This document shows, one piece after another, positions 27,203 to 38,974 of a stretch of DNA of 64,000 nucleotides. Under the pieces are notes generated by a model. That model ran no database searches. It saw only the letters and a program-made list of their open reading frames with translations, and was not told where the DNA came from. How positions within the stretch are numbered: position 1 is the stretch's first letter; each line of letters starts with the position of its first letter. Source of the DNA: Tubiluchus corallicola (Eukaryota > Animalia > Priapulida). Position numbers and translations under genes: made by a program. The stretch lies in assembly GCA_030141605.1 (NCBI GenBank), contig JAQGDQ010000937.1, positions 15,052-79,051 of the forward strand. Direction: 5' to 3'.

Positions 27203-27212
27203 CGTATATATG
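27203..27212 (-). promoter_or_regulatory. Possible TATA element upstream of the PAN-galectin ATG
   Basis: TATATA about 90 nt upstream of the ATG at 27115; positional inference only. Confidence 0.25.
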
Positions 27213-27729
27213 TACATTACATGAAACTATACATATTGTACATAATTTAATTAAATAATTCATGTGGAGTACGAGGTAATATGCTGAAGTTGCCATGTTT
27301 AAAAACCGTACTTGACAACGTGTAATTAAGTATAAAACCTAGGTGAGATGCATAGATGATGTCATTAACAATTGCCATGACAACATTACAGGATCAGTGT
27401 GGTGTTTGTTCTTTGTGGATGTGGTAAAAGGTCCACCAAAAACGTACGTCTTCCACTTTGTCAAACGAATCTCGGTAATCATCACAAACTTTGCCTTCAA
27501 AACTTTTAATGTTTCATTTTAATTCCATTGATGATGGTGATAATGATGAATTTAAATTTCACGTGAGGTTTTTAAACACTGGATCTATTATCGGCGACGG
27601 TAATTAACATTTATGATGACGACATTTATGAAAATAACAGTGACAGTGACCCTGACAGGCATTTCTAATCGTGATAGTAAACATGATGACGACGACCATG
27701 ATGAACATGATGATGATGACAGTTTCATT

Positions 27730-28466
27730 TTACCATTGTGACGCCGTGTTTATAGGTAACGTACTCTGATTCTCAAACTCACGAAAGTCAGACACGACCA
27801 ACCCATAAACGTTACCATTGTGACGCCGTGTTTATAGGTAACGTGCTCTGATTCTCAAAGTCACGAAAGTCAGACACGACCAACCTATAAACGTTACCAT
27901 TGTGACGCCGTGTTTATAGGTAACGTGCTCTGATTCTCAAAGTCACGAAAGTCAGACACGACCAACCCATAAACGTTACCATTGAGACGCCGTGTTTATA
28001 GGTAACGTACTCTGATTCTCAAACTCACGAAAGTCAGACACGACCAACCCATAAACGTTACCATTGTGACGCCGTGTTTATAGGTAACGTACTCTGATTC
28101 TCAAAGTCACGAAAGTCAGACACGACCAACCCATAAACGTTACCATTGTGACGCCGTGTTTATAGGTAACGTACTCTGATTCTCAAAGTCACGAAAGTCA
28201 GACACGACCAACCTATAAACGTTACCATTCAGACGCCGTGTTTATAGGTAACGTACTCTGATTCTCAAAGTCACGAAAGTCAGACACGACCAACCCATAA
28301 ACGTTACCATTGTGACGCCGTGTTTATAGGTAACGTACTCTGATTCTCAAAGTCACGAAAGTCAGACACGACCAACCTATAAACGTTACCATTGAGGCGC
28401 CGTGTTTATAGGTAACGTGCTCTGATTCTCAAAGTCACGAAAGTCAGACACGACCAACCTATAAAC
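27730..28466. repeat. 82-bp tandem repeat x9, each unit a long imperfect hairpin
   Basis: Unit taccattgtgacgccgtgtttataggtaacgt(a/g)ctctgattctcaaagtcacgaaagtcagacacgaccaacc(c/t)ataaacgt. Confidence 0.95.
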
Positions 28467-28509
28467 GAGGTGTAACACGTGGTTCTGGGGTTCCATAGTG
28501 TCAGATTAT

Positions 28510-28519
28510 TTACTACTAC

Positions 28520-28559
<40 letters not shown>
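28510..28559. repeat. (ACT)n(ATT)n microsatellite
   Basis: Direct. Confidence 0.9.
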
Positions 28560-28560
<1 letters not shown>

Positions 28561-29167
28561 TTTATTTTTTAAAAACTATGTACAAAATACCTTCAATAGA
28601 GATATGTTTAAAATTTCTAAAAGCATTTATAACGTATTAAACCTATTCACATATATATAATTTAGAATCCAACGCATGAGACACAATGAACGACAACGAT
28701 CATATACAATAGACATAGTTACAAATTATAATCCATCACTACATACATACATAATAAACGATAACGAACATATTTTACTACTTAGTAACAAAAACTTACA
28801 CACATTGTACACAATGAAAAACAACGAGTGCAATTATAATTAACACAATTACCAATTCTAATGTAAATTCACATAATCATAAATAAAAACAAAACAACGT
28901 ATAGAAAACACGACGAGAGTTGTAAAATTTCATCACCAACAGACTGCTTATTTATTTAAATTTGATGCTGCGATAGTTTACCGTTATGTGAAGAACTTAA
29001 TTCTGTGTAAACTTTGTGAATTAAGCATTATCAATGAATGTGTGATTTAGTTTACAAGTTTGCCAAATTAATTGCCAGTAATTTGAAATGTATGTCATGC
29101 TGTAGCCTATACAGGTACACAATCTGAGCTTGATCTACTATGCTGTTAACACTGAATCTGTGACGAC

Positions 29168-30130
29168 AGTGCTGCCATCTCTCAACTGAAATAAAAACAG
29201 TTTACACTGCCCTGTAACAAAGCTTTATAATATTTGTGGAATACTGGTCTTAAATGCATCCACTGTTATGCGCACAGTAAACCCATCAGACACTGCACGG
29301 TGCTGCCATCTCTCAACGAAAATAATATAAAAATAGTTTACACTGCCCTGTAAGAAAGCTTTATAATTTTTGTGGAATACTGGTCTTAAATGCATCCACT
29401 GTTATGCGCAAAGAAAATCCATCAGACACTGCATAGTGCTGCCATCTCTCAACTAAAATAATATAAATACAGTTTACACTGCCCTGTAACAAAGCTTTAT
29501 AATATTTGTGGAATACTGGTCTTAAATGCATTCACTGTTATGCGCACAGTAAACCCATCAGACACTGCACGGTGCTGCCATCTCTCAACGAAAATAATAT
29601 AAAAATAGTTTACACTGCCCTGTAAGAAAGCTTTATAATTTTTGTGGAATACTGGTCTTAAATGCATCCACTGTTATGCGCAAAGAAAATCCATCAGACA
29701 CTGCATAGTGCTGCCATCTCTCAACTAAAATAATATAAATACAGTTTACACTGCCCTGTAACAAAGCTTTATAATTTTTGTGGAATACTGGTCTTAAATG
29801 CATCCACTGTTATGCGCACAGTAAACCCATCAGACACTGCACGGTGCTGCCATCTCTCAACGAAAATAATATATAAATAGTTTACACTGCCTAGTAACAA
29901 AGCTTTTATAATTTTTGTAGAATACTGGTCTTAAATGCATCCAACTAGTGTGCGTACAGTAAACGCATCAGACCCAGCACTGTGCTGCCAGCTGGTAACA
30001 AAAATAATATAAAAACAGCTTACACTGCATGTAACAAACCTTTATATTTTTGGTGGAGTGCATCTGACTATTGTGCGCACTAAGCCCATCACACATTGCA
30101 TAGTGCTGCCATCTCTCAACTAAAATAATA
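29168..30130. repeat. ~136-bp satellite x7
   Basis: Units start gtgctgccatctctcaac at ~29169, 29300, 29436, 29572, 29708, 29844, 29982, 30103. Confidence 0.95.
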
Positions 30131-30131
30131 T

Positions 30132-30402
30132 ATGAAAATGTATGTATGAAAATGAAAGCGTGGGACAGTTTTAATTGCTTTTTAAATGAAAGCGTGGGAC
30201 AGTTTTAATTGCTTTTTTAAATGAAAGCGTGTGAAAATGTTATTTGTATGAAAATGAAAGCGTGGGACCAGTCTTAATTGCTTTCTAAATGAATGCGTGT
30301 GAAAATGTTATTTGTATGAAAATGAAAGCGTGGGACCAGTCTTAATTGCTTTTTAAATGAATGCGTGTGAAAATGTTATTTGTATGAAAATGAAAGCGTG
30401 GG
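30132..30402. repeat. Short tandem duplications (atgaaagcgtggga...ttaattgctt)
   Basis: 4-5 partial copies. Confidence 0.85.
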
Positions 30403-30639
30403 AATGATTTAACTTTCATGTAACCTTCACGTTAGTTGCACGCCCACACACTTCTCACCACCAATTAGCTAATTTGGCGTGCTATTATTACATCACCTGA
30501 TTGGTCAGTGCCTCAGTGCAAGTTTCCCACACCTGGTTTGGTGGTTTCTTAAACACGCTCAAATGCGCTCAGCTCGCATTAGAAAGCAAACTACCGTCGA
30601 GAGCAGTCACATCCGGTTTTTGTCAAAAAGTGAACTCAA

Positions 30640-31470
30640 TTTGTGCTTGCGTTAATAAGCAAACTAGCGTTGTGCTTTGTCGAAAACGGAATCTATCTCG
30701 CAATTTTTGCTTGTGTTAATAAGGAAACTAGCATTGTGCTTTGTCGAAAACGGAATCTATCTCGCAATTTTTGCTTGTGTTAATAAGGAAACTAGCATTG
30801 TGCTTTGTCGAAAACGGAATCTATCTCGCAATTTTTGCTTGTGTTAATAAGCAAACTAGCATTGTGCTTTGTCGAAAGCGGAATCTATCTCGCAATTTTT
30901 GCTTGTGTTAATAAGCAAACTAGCATTGTGCTTTGTCGAAAACGGAATCTATCTCGCAATTTTTGCTTGTGTTAATAAGCAAACTAGCATTGTGCTTTGT
31001 CGAAAGCGGAATCTATCTCGCAATTTTTGCTTGTGTTAATAAGCAAACTAGCATTGTGCTTTGTCGAAAACGGAATCTATCTCGCAATTTTTGCTTGTGT
31101 TAATAAGCAAACTAGCATTGTGCTTTGTCGAAAGCGGAATCTATCTCGCAATTTTTGCTTGTGTTAATAAGCAAACTAGCATTGTGCTTTGTCGAAAGCG
31201 GAATCTATCTCGCAATTTGTGCTTGTGTTAATAAGCAAACTAGCATTGCGTTTTGTCGAAAGCGGAATCTATCTCGCAATTTGTGCTTGTGTTAATAAGC
31301 AAACTAGCATTGTGCTTTGTCGAAAGCCGAATCTATCTCGCAATTTGTGCTTGTGTTAATAAGCAAACTAGAATTGTGCTTTATTGAAAGCGGTATCTAT
31401 CTCGCAATGTGTGCTTGTGTTAAAAAGCAAACTAGCATTGTGCTTTGTCGAAAGCGGTATCTATCTTGCA
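30640..31470. repeat. ~62-bp minisatellite x13
   Basis: Unit gcttgtgttaataagcaaactagcattgtgctttgtcgaaagcggaatctatctcgcaattttt. Confidence 0.95.
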
Positions 31471-34035
31471 ATTGCATATTTTTCATCACTCGAATAGGTA
31501 AGTACACTTTTGTTATCCTAAAGCAGGTTGTTCGTAAATTTGTTTCTCTTTTTCGAATTTGTTTACTCGAGTTTTGCGAGCAATGTTTCGATATATTATC
31601 TAAGGTTATTTATTACGACTCTTGACGCGTATTTGTGTTTATTCTAGACGTGCGAAAGAAAAAGGATTTGAGCAAAAAGTTTCGTGTTGTCGGATACGCG
31701 CGACTCTGCGATGCAAGTGCCGCACTCGATTCGTTAAAACATTTGATTCGGCTACAATTGACAAATACGATTATTTATTTATTTATTTACGTGCACTAAA
31801 TATTCATTTCATACACTTTTATAGAGCATATATTAAGTCTGCTTCTCTTTTTAAAGAGCGTTGTTGACGACACCAGCGTCAGTGCTGCCAACAACAACAA
31901 CAACAACAACAAGGTTTTCTTTGACCTCTAATTTGGCAATTTTCTGGTTTTAACGAGAGAATTACAGGTGTGTCAACATGAGAGCGGATGCTCTCCTTCT
32001 CAATAACTTTTTGTGGAGGCGGCTTTTTGGCAGGAGCACTTCCGGTTTTTCTGTCGAGAGGCCGGCATAGAGTACATGGAGTAAATACTGCTCCGGAGAA
32101 GCATGTATTCTTTTTAAAGCTTTGCAGCTCTTGCTTTCTGGCCTGGTATGAAGATAACACATGGCCTTGAGTTCATCCCTAGGATGGAAACAGATCATCG
32201 AAAAAGTTCAAAAATCTGTAGTTTTTTTGCGTTTATGTGCTGAAGAGAAAAGTTATGTCATCGTTGTGAAATAAAAGTAAAGAAACTATCGTAAAAGCCA
32301 AAGAACATGTCATACACTGTATGCAGTTGTGAAATTCTTAATGTAGCAACTTTGCAAGGATGACATCAATTTGTTAAATAACTCACAATAACCAATTTAC
32401 TAACCTGTTTTAATTTAAATTTAAATTTAATTATTATTTAAATTATTGTTGGATATTTAGCAAACTGGTACAACTTTAATGCAAAAAAATGAAATTTTGA
32501 TATAAGAGTTAAACATATCGTACTACATGCTGTTACTTAATGAACAACATTTTATTAGTACTTTATTGTAGTTACAGAAACACTGTCAACAGAGGTTAAT
32601 ACCACTGAATGCTTTATTCTAACATAATCAGTACATGAATGTCTCACAGATCCCATAAAGTAGCTTAACCTGAGTGTTCAAAGAATAGGTGAGTGAAACA
32701 GACAGGTGACTAGCAGGTGAAAAACTGACCAAAACCAAAAGCTTTACATTCCCGCCACAGATGGCGCCTCGTGCACGAATATGTAAGTAAGTTTAACAAA
32801 AAAAGCTAAGTCTGCTACATTTATACTTCAGCAGGCATAGTGCAGTTTTTGGATAATTTCATAGCATTTATAATTGAAATCATTGACTGAGATTATTTAA
32901 AATGACATTCTTATAAATGAACGTTTTTAAATCAAAGAGAAATACACTTCGTCTTGGATTTTTGACATTTAAATCTACAGCATTTTTTATAAAAAAGCTG
33001 GAATAGTAGAACTCTGTTAATAATAAATAACTGAAGCAACTAAAGTAATGCACAGAATCCGTGCCGTTGCTACAGTGTAAAGCTGATACAAAGTTTGTTA
33101 AAACCAAAAGACGAAAAACGATTTTTTAAAAACTTAGTTTTAAGTGCGAACTCACTACTCAAACGGGTATATGAAAAAAAATTATGACATAGCTTTTATC
33201 CATCATATTTAGCATAAATCATCCAAAAAAATTTTCTCAATTGCAAAAGACAAATAAACCTCAAATGAATTGAACAAACTTGTTATTGGCTCCTGATTTC
33301 TCATTCTTGGAGGTCTTATTCTGTTCAGAGCTTGACGTTGACTCGCTTAGTGCTAAAGCTTTTCATAGTCATTTACGGTGCAGTAGGAGTGAATAAAAAC
33401 ACAACTAATAAAGTAAAAAATGATATTAGTTACAGCAAAATACACCTATCTAAAAAAACTAAAGCACACTTTTACAAGTAGAATCTTATCAAAATAAACA
33501 TAGCATAGAGGTAATATACACACGTAACTTAACATAGACACAAAACCATCTCACAGTACAAAAAATTATTGCATCAAAAGATTGTTGAATAGCGAATCTA
33601 TTATGTTGTAAAAAAAACTTTCTTGAAGGACAAAATGGCCGCTTAGAAACATTACATTGATCAGCATTCAGATGGATAAGCTTGTGAGACATTTGCAAAA
33701 TTTGTTGAGGGATCTTGTGGAGGGATCATGTTGAGGGATCTTGTTGAGGAGGGATCTTGTTGAGGGATCTTGACTTCTTCAACTCACTGCTCAAACCTAT
33801 CTAGGTCTACTCCCAAGATTACGAGTTGGCAAAACCCACGACATTTCCACATTAAAATTTGACGGTATGACTAATTCACTAATACATCGGTAGTACTTTC
33901 ATGTAACATGTCAATCCGTACCATTATTTGTTGTTTCACCCCACTCCCCGCCCCCCACCCCCTAGAGAAGACTATAAGCCACGCGATATAATTTGCAAAC
34001 CAGAAGAACATTTCATAGACCGGGGAAAAAGCGAT

Positions 34036-34051
34036 TGCGCCATCTAGCGGC
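34036..34051 (-). promoter_or_regulatory. CTCF-like motif (GCCGCTAGATGGCGC)
   Basis: Close to consensus CC.C.AG.(G/T)GGCGC; similar motifs at 32754-32768, 37531-37544, 41671-41684. Confidence 0.35.
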
Positions 34052-34483
34052 GGCAACCTGAATTACTTCTACAACCCGAAACACGTTGTACAGACGAACG
34101 AAGGTAAACTATAGCTGCCGACTTTCAACATGCTGCGAGCAACAAAATTGTTTTGACCTAGAAATTTTACTCTTAGTTTCCCGTAGGCAGTGCTATTTCT
34201 GAAACAGCGTCTATGTAGCGAAACAGTGAAAGTGGTACTACGGATGTTTCTCTTGTAACAACTAGTTACACACTACTTAGTAATGGCACCTTTTTTGTTT
34301 TATGTAAGCTGTACTGTACGTTGGTACAAAAGGGTTGTGCCATTGGTACAAATTTACTAACTTATGAGTCTCTTTTGTGCTTTTAAAAGGACAAATTTGT
34401 AAAGATATCATGTAATCATTGTAAGTTTGGACTACACCACCCTAGAATTTTGTCAACTAATCATTGAGTCGGGCTGACTTGTA

Positions 34484-34752
34484 GTTAGTCAGTCAGTCAG
34501 CTGGTGAGTCACTCAGAAGTAATTAGTCAGTCAGTCGGTCAGCCGGTCAATCAGTCAATCAGTCAGTCAGTCATTCAGTCGGTATGTCAGTCTGTCATTC
34601 ATGCATTCATCTGTTATTGAATATTCACCACACAGCTATTCAGGCAGTCAGTTAATTAGTCAGTATGTCAACAAATTCAATCACTTACTTGGTGAAACAA
34701 TCAGTCAGTCAGTAAGTAAGTCAGTCAGTCAAATAGGCAGCCAGCCAGCCAA
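34484..34752. repeat. Degenerate (AGTC)n tract
   Basis: Direct. Confidence 0.8.
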
Positions 34753-34810
34753 TTAAAGTTAAAGCGCCTGAAAATTGCACTGCCAGTGAAGGTAAAAAAC
34801 ATTGTTACAG

Positions 34811-34952
34811 AATCCTGGGCCTAGATGGCATACGTGTAGTAGATGCATCAGTTGCCCCGGCAACCATATCCACAGGTACACATGCTGTAGTTGTCATGGT
34901 AGCAGAGAAGGCTGCCGGCGAGATAAAGAAGACAATGGTGGGCCAAGTGTGA
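34811..34952 (+). CDS. Terminal exon of a GMC (glucose-methanol-choline) oxidoreductase family gene
   Basis: After acceptor TTACAG: (R)ILGLDGIRVVDASVAPATISTGTHAVVVMVAEKAAGEIKKTMVGQV*, matching GMC_oxred_C consensus RV.G..GLRVVDASVMP...SGNTNA..IMIAEKAAD.I; upstream exons not found in window. Confidence 0.85.
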
Positions 34953-35079
34953 TTGACAGAAAAGAATATAAACAATGGGAACAAAATATTTTTTAAAATT
35001 GTTTAGAACGTGAACAATATCCGTTTTCTTAAACAATCCGCTATATAATAAATTTTTTATTTCGTTTTTATTAGGAAAA

Positions 35080-35117
35080 CCCAACATTTCTACTGCAAAC
35101 TAGCAGTCATCTTCAGG
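35080..35117 (-). ncRNA. Minimal type-I hammerhead ribozyme-like motif (inverted copy)
   Basis: Reverse complement reads cCTGAAGA-tg-actgc-tagttt-gcagt-a-GAAATGTTggg with a 5-bp stem II. Confidence 0.55.
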
Positions 35118-35128
35118 AAATAAATACA

Positions 35129-35166
35129 CCTGATGACAACCGCTAGTTTGCAGTAGAAACGTTAGC
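35129..35166 (+). ncRNA. Minimal type-I hammerhead ribozyme-like motif (Penelope-type)
   Basis: CTGATGA-caaccgc-tagttt-gcagta-GAAACGTT: core boxes plus imperfect stem II and palindromic stem III; stem I weak. Confidence 0.55.
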
Positions 35167-35622
35167 TTTTCCTAATAAAAATTTAATTAAAATTCATTAT
35201 ATAATGGATTGTTTAAGAAGTTGTTTAATACTTGATTCGTGTGAGATTGCATTGTTGGTCAGTCATAAATCATTTTTAGATGTTACAGCATCTAGAGAAG
35301 CTAGTAAAGTTCTTTCACTGTTATTGTTAGTGCCAGTGGTTTGATAGTTTGTGTAATGTTGACAGTGTAATTGTAATTTTTGTATAGAACTATGGCCGGC
35401 TCACATGTTGCCTAACTAACACGCGAAAATAAGATTTCTCATAGTGTAACAGCTGGCACTATTTTCAGTGTTTTTATGTTTACCCATGTAATGTTAGTAT
35501 GTGTGTCAACAATTTATAACTTAACTGTGTCTGGATAAGAACTTTTCGTATTTTTTAAATGCTATGTGCTTATTTGTTTATCTATAGCTGGGTTCGTTTA
35601 TGAAAAGGTACGTTTTGCTTAA

Positions 35623-35760
35623 CCCTTGTAGAGTTACGATTTTTTACAAGCGATTTTGGTAACCGGGGGGGGGGGGTAAAAATTACCCCCACTATAATTC
35701 GTAAATTACTTTTGATAAACCGCCGTGTTTCATTAGCAAACAGCAACAGCATAATTTGTG
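35623..35760. mobile_element. Truncated left end of the same piggyBac-type MITE family
   Basis: TTAA|CCCTTGTAGAGTTAC...; ~140 bp highly similar to 36861-37003. Confidence 0.75.
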
Positions 35761-36322
35761 ATAAAAATATAAAAATCGTAAAACAATCACGCAGTTTTAA
35801 TGAGTCGTGTGCAGTATGACTATGACAGAGACGCTAATGACATCATGCGTACGTTTTACAAAGTCACTTAGATCTAAACGGTAAAACGGCAAAAGTATAG
35901 TAGCGAATTTGGCCGCTAAGCGGCAGCACCTTACCACAACACTCATTTACAAATCCTCTTGGAAATCACATAAGCAACATTATAAAACAGTTCAAACTGT
36001 AAGTTCTATAAACGTTCACTAGAAAGAAAACCAATGTAAGCTATCACTACGATGGTTTTCAATGGTTTACTACTAAAGTGATGGTTTATCGCCAAAAACT
36101 ACCGTAAAACTACTTCAAAACTACACTAAATGCTATCACAAAAGTTTGGAATTCATCAACCTCTACCCGGCAAAACCAAATCTTCCAGAACGATAACCCA
36201 TGATCAAGATTAATCGTTTCCTAGCATGGAAGAACTGGTACAATAATTTAAATTGCTATTATATAAGTTAAATTGTTTGTTAAAATGAGTTACAATATTT
36301 TCAACAAAACTATTACAATTAA

Positions 36323-36856
36323 AGGAAAACCGGATGATTGTGTAAACATGAGTTCAGAATAAAGAATGCTCTAAAATATTGAAAACTACAATAGCCTTTT
36401 TTAAATCAAAGCTTAGATTAAATAATAAGTACCTCAGATACTCAAATTTCGTTAAATTTTCAAAGCTACTCGCGGCTCAGTGAATCTACTAAGATTGGCA
36501 ACGGCGCCTTTTGTCACATGCGTGTGGCCAACAAATAGAAGGCGGTACCGTGATAAACATGATGTGTTAGTTTCTGACGTCATATGACGTAGCCCCCATT
36601 ATTCGTGACATCATGCGTTTAAGCAGCACTGTAATACCTACGCAAATGTGCTTGTCGTGCAAGGGAAGACACGTGTGATTGCACAAATTGTGATTAGTTT
36701 CTGACGTAAGCAATAATTGTGTTCGATTGCTGTTAATTAACTTTCTAAGCTAATTATTCAAATATAAGAAATTGCTAACTTTTATAGGAAAGAAAACGTA
36801 CATTTTGGACAGTAAATTAAAATGAGATTGAGTCTAAACAATCGTCCGGTTTTTCT
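36323..36856. mobile_element. Kolobok-like non-autonomous element (TTAA TSD, AGG terminus)
   Basis: TIRs AGGAAAACCGGATGATTG / CAATCGTCCGGTTTTTCT flanked by TTAA on both sides; another right end at ~41242-41263. Confidence 0.7.
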
Positions 36857-36860
36857 TTAA

Positions 36861-37410
36861 CCCTTATAGGGTCACGATTTTTACAACCGATTTTGGTAAC
36901 CTGGTGGGGGGGGGGGGTAAAAAATTACACCCAACCATATTTCGTAAATTAGTTTTGATAAACCGCCGTGTTTCATTAGTAAACAGCAACAGCATAATTT
37001 GTGGTTATGCTGACCACCATAGGATACATTATACCTCTGCTTAAACACATGTGACTTACTAGTAATACGAAATTTAAATTCACTTAGTTACGTTCCCTTA
37101 TCTATGCTGGAATAACTGTAGACAACCGACATTGCTAGCGCGTGTGCAAAAATCATTGTTATTTTGAATTTATTGTCTACTACTTTCTTCTGTTACAGAT
37201 GCATCACCCGTATAATGTCTAGACAAGCAAAGTAAAGTTTCGACAATTTTAAAAAATCGGCATATTGCATTTTCACTTGTATTTCGTGGTGAGACAATGC
37301 GCCTAAAATAAATAACTGAAAGTATTTTGTGCACAAAACACATGGTAAAAGGGTAAAATGCAAAAAACCGGTCTGGGGGTAATTTTTACTCCCCGGTGAC
37401 CCTATAAGGG
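36861..37410. mobile_element. piggyBac-type non-autonomous element (MITE)
   Basis: Perfect 15-bp TIRs CCCTTATAGGGTCAC / GTGACCCTATAAGGG, TTAA on both sides, subterminal GGGGTAA-type motifs. Confidence 0.85.
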
Positions 37411-37816
37411 TTAATACACTGATATTTCGGTTTGCCGGGGGCATTTACGGATAACGGAAGAACCAGACAAAATCTGAACCATTTAAAAGTCCCATATACT
37501 ACTGACACAATCCGTTGTTTCGCGAGCTAACCGCTAGATGGCAGGCTGTCACTTTGCTTAAACCTTGCTTATGCTTATAAACTAACTGTACTTAACTCAC
37601 CACCTAATTCTATGACTTAACGTAATTGTTTCTACATATATTATAGAGTACAGAAGCGAAGCAAGACGACATAAAGATGGTAAAAGCTCATTGGTCACGT
37701 ACATGTACAGAAAAAATATAGACTCAATTATGCAAAGTTATTTGAGTCATTTGTCAACAGTTTATATGTATTTTTGCATAGCAGCGGCTTGTACTAGACA
37801 TTTTCGAGACATTTAG

Positions 37817-38010
<194 letters not shown>

Positions 38011-38399
38011 TAAAATTCTTTATTGCTATAAAAATTACACATCATTGAATGGTAAACTACACATTCAAAAACTGATAATCTAGCCAGCGTTTTCACTGCT
38101 GTGAGCAATACTGCTGTACAATAAAATGAATTTACAATTAAAAACACAAGTGAGGCTATAATTAATTACATAAGTATATAAAACTTTATATTTCGATACA
38201 TTTTATTACATTGTGATAACAATTCTGTTATTTAAGCAATATGATGAATTGATATTAGACGTTTTGAAATTTGCAGTTTCTCAAAATAGAATCATATTTA
38301 ACTTTTCCATCTCTTCTATACAAAACACTTGAACGTTGCAGTTTCTCGAAATAAAATCATATTGAATTAAACTTATAGCATCAGCAATTATTCTGTCTC

Positions 38400-38960
38400 T
38401 TTTATACAACAATTCTATTATATAAAAAATTAGGCAGCAGAAATACTTGGACATGTGAGATTTAACGATAAAAAGGTTAAAGATGATGAGATAGAAGCTT
38501 TGTCTGCGAATCAGAAAGTTTTGAAAGATAAAATTCATCAATGTAAAAATTTAGCAGAAATTGATGTTCTTAAGAAGAAACGCGAAGAAATTCCAAAGCA
38601 AATTCATGAAAAGCTAAAACAAATAGAAGAAAAAAAGGTGACTGGCATTGCAGAAGAAATTGAGCAAACAAAAAATGATTCCTCTAGGCATTTTGAAGTA
38701 ATACGTGCAGACCTTTCAAACAAAGAAAAAATTGATTGTAGAAGGAAATGATGGTCTAATTACTGATGCTGAACAGCAAACTGAAGCCATAGCAGAATTT
38801 TTTCAACGAATTTTTAATGATGAAAATGCAGTTGGGGTTAATAGGACTCCAATGAAAGTTCCTTTTCCTTAAGAATAAGTAAAGCATGCGGCAAAATCAT
38901 TGAAAAACAACAAAAGCCCGGATGCTGATGAATTAAATGCTGAGTCAGTCACGTATGAAT
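38400..38960 (+). mobile_element. Decayed non-LTR retrotransposon ORF2 fragment (region just before RT)
   Basis: Charged helical ORF 38455..38751 followed by AKSLKNNKSPDADELNAE (consensus L..NKSPG.D.L.AE); stops and frameshifts. Confidence 0.6.
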
Positions 38961-38974
38961 CAGATTTATTTATG

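Noticed and set aside
27730-28466. Hammerhead within the 82-bp unit (ctga...gaaa)
   Set aside because: CTGATTC does not fit CUGANGA and stems do not match hammerhead topology
31879-32198. Short GC-richer ORFs (e.g. GSAPAKKPPPQK)
   Set aside because: No recognisable domain or consistent splice partners
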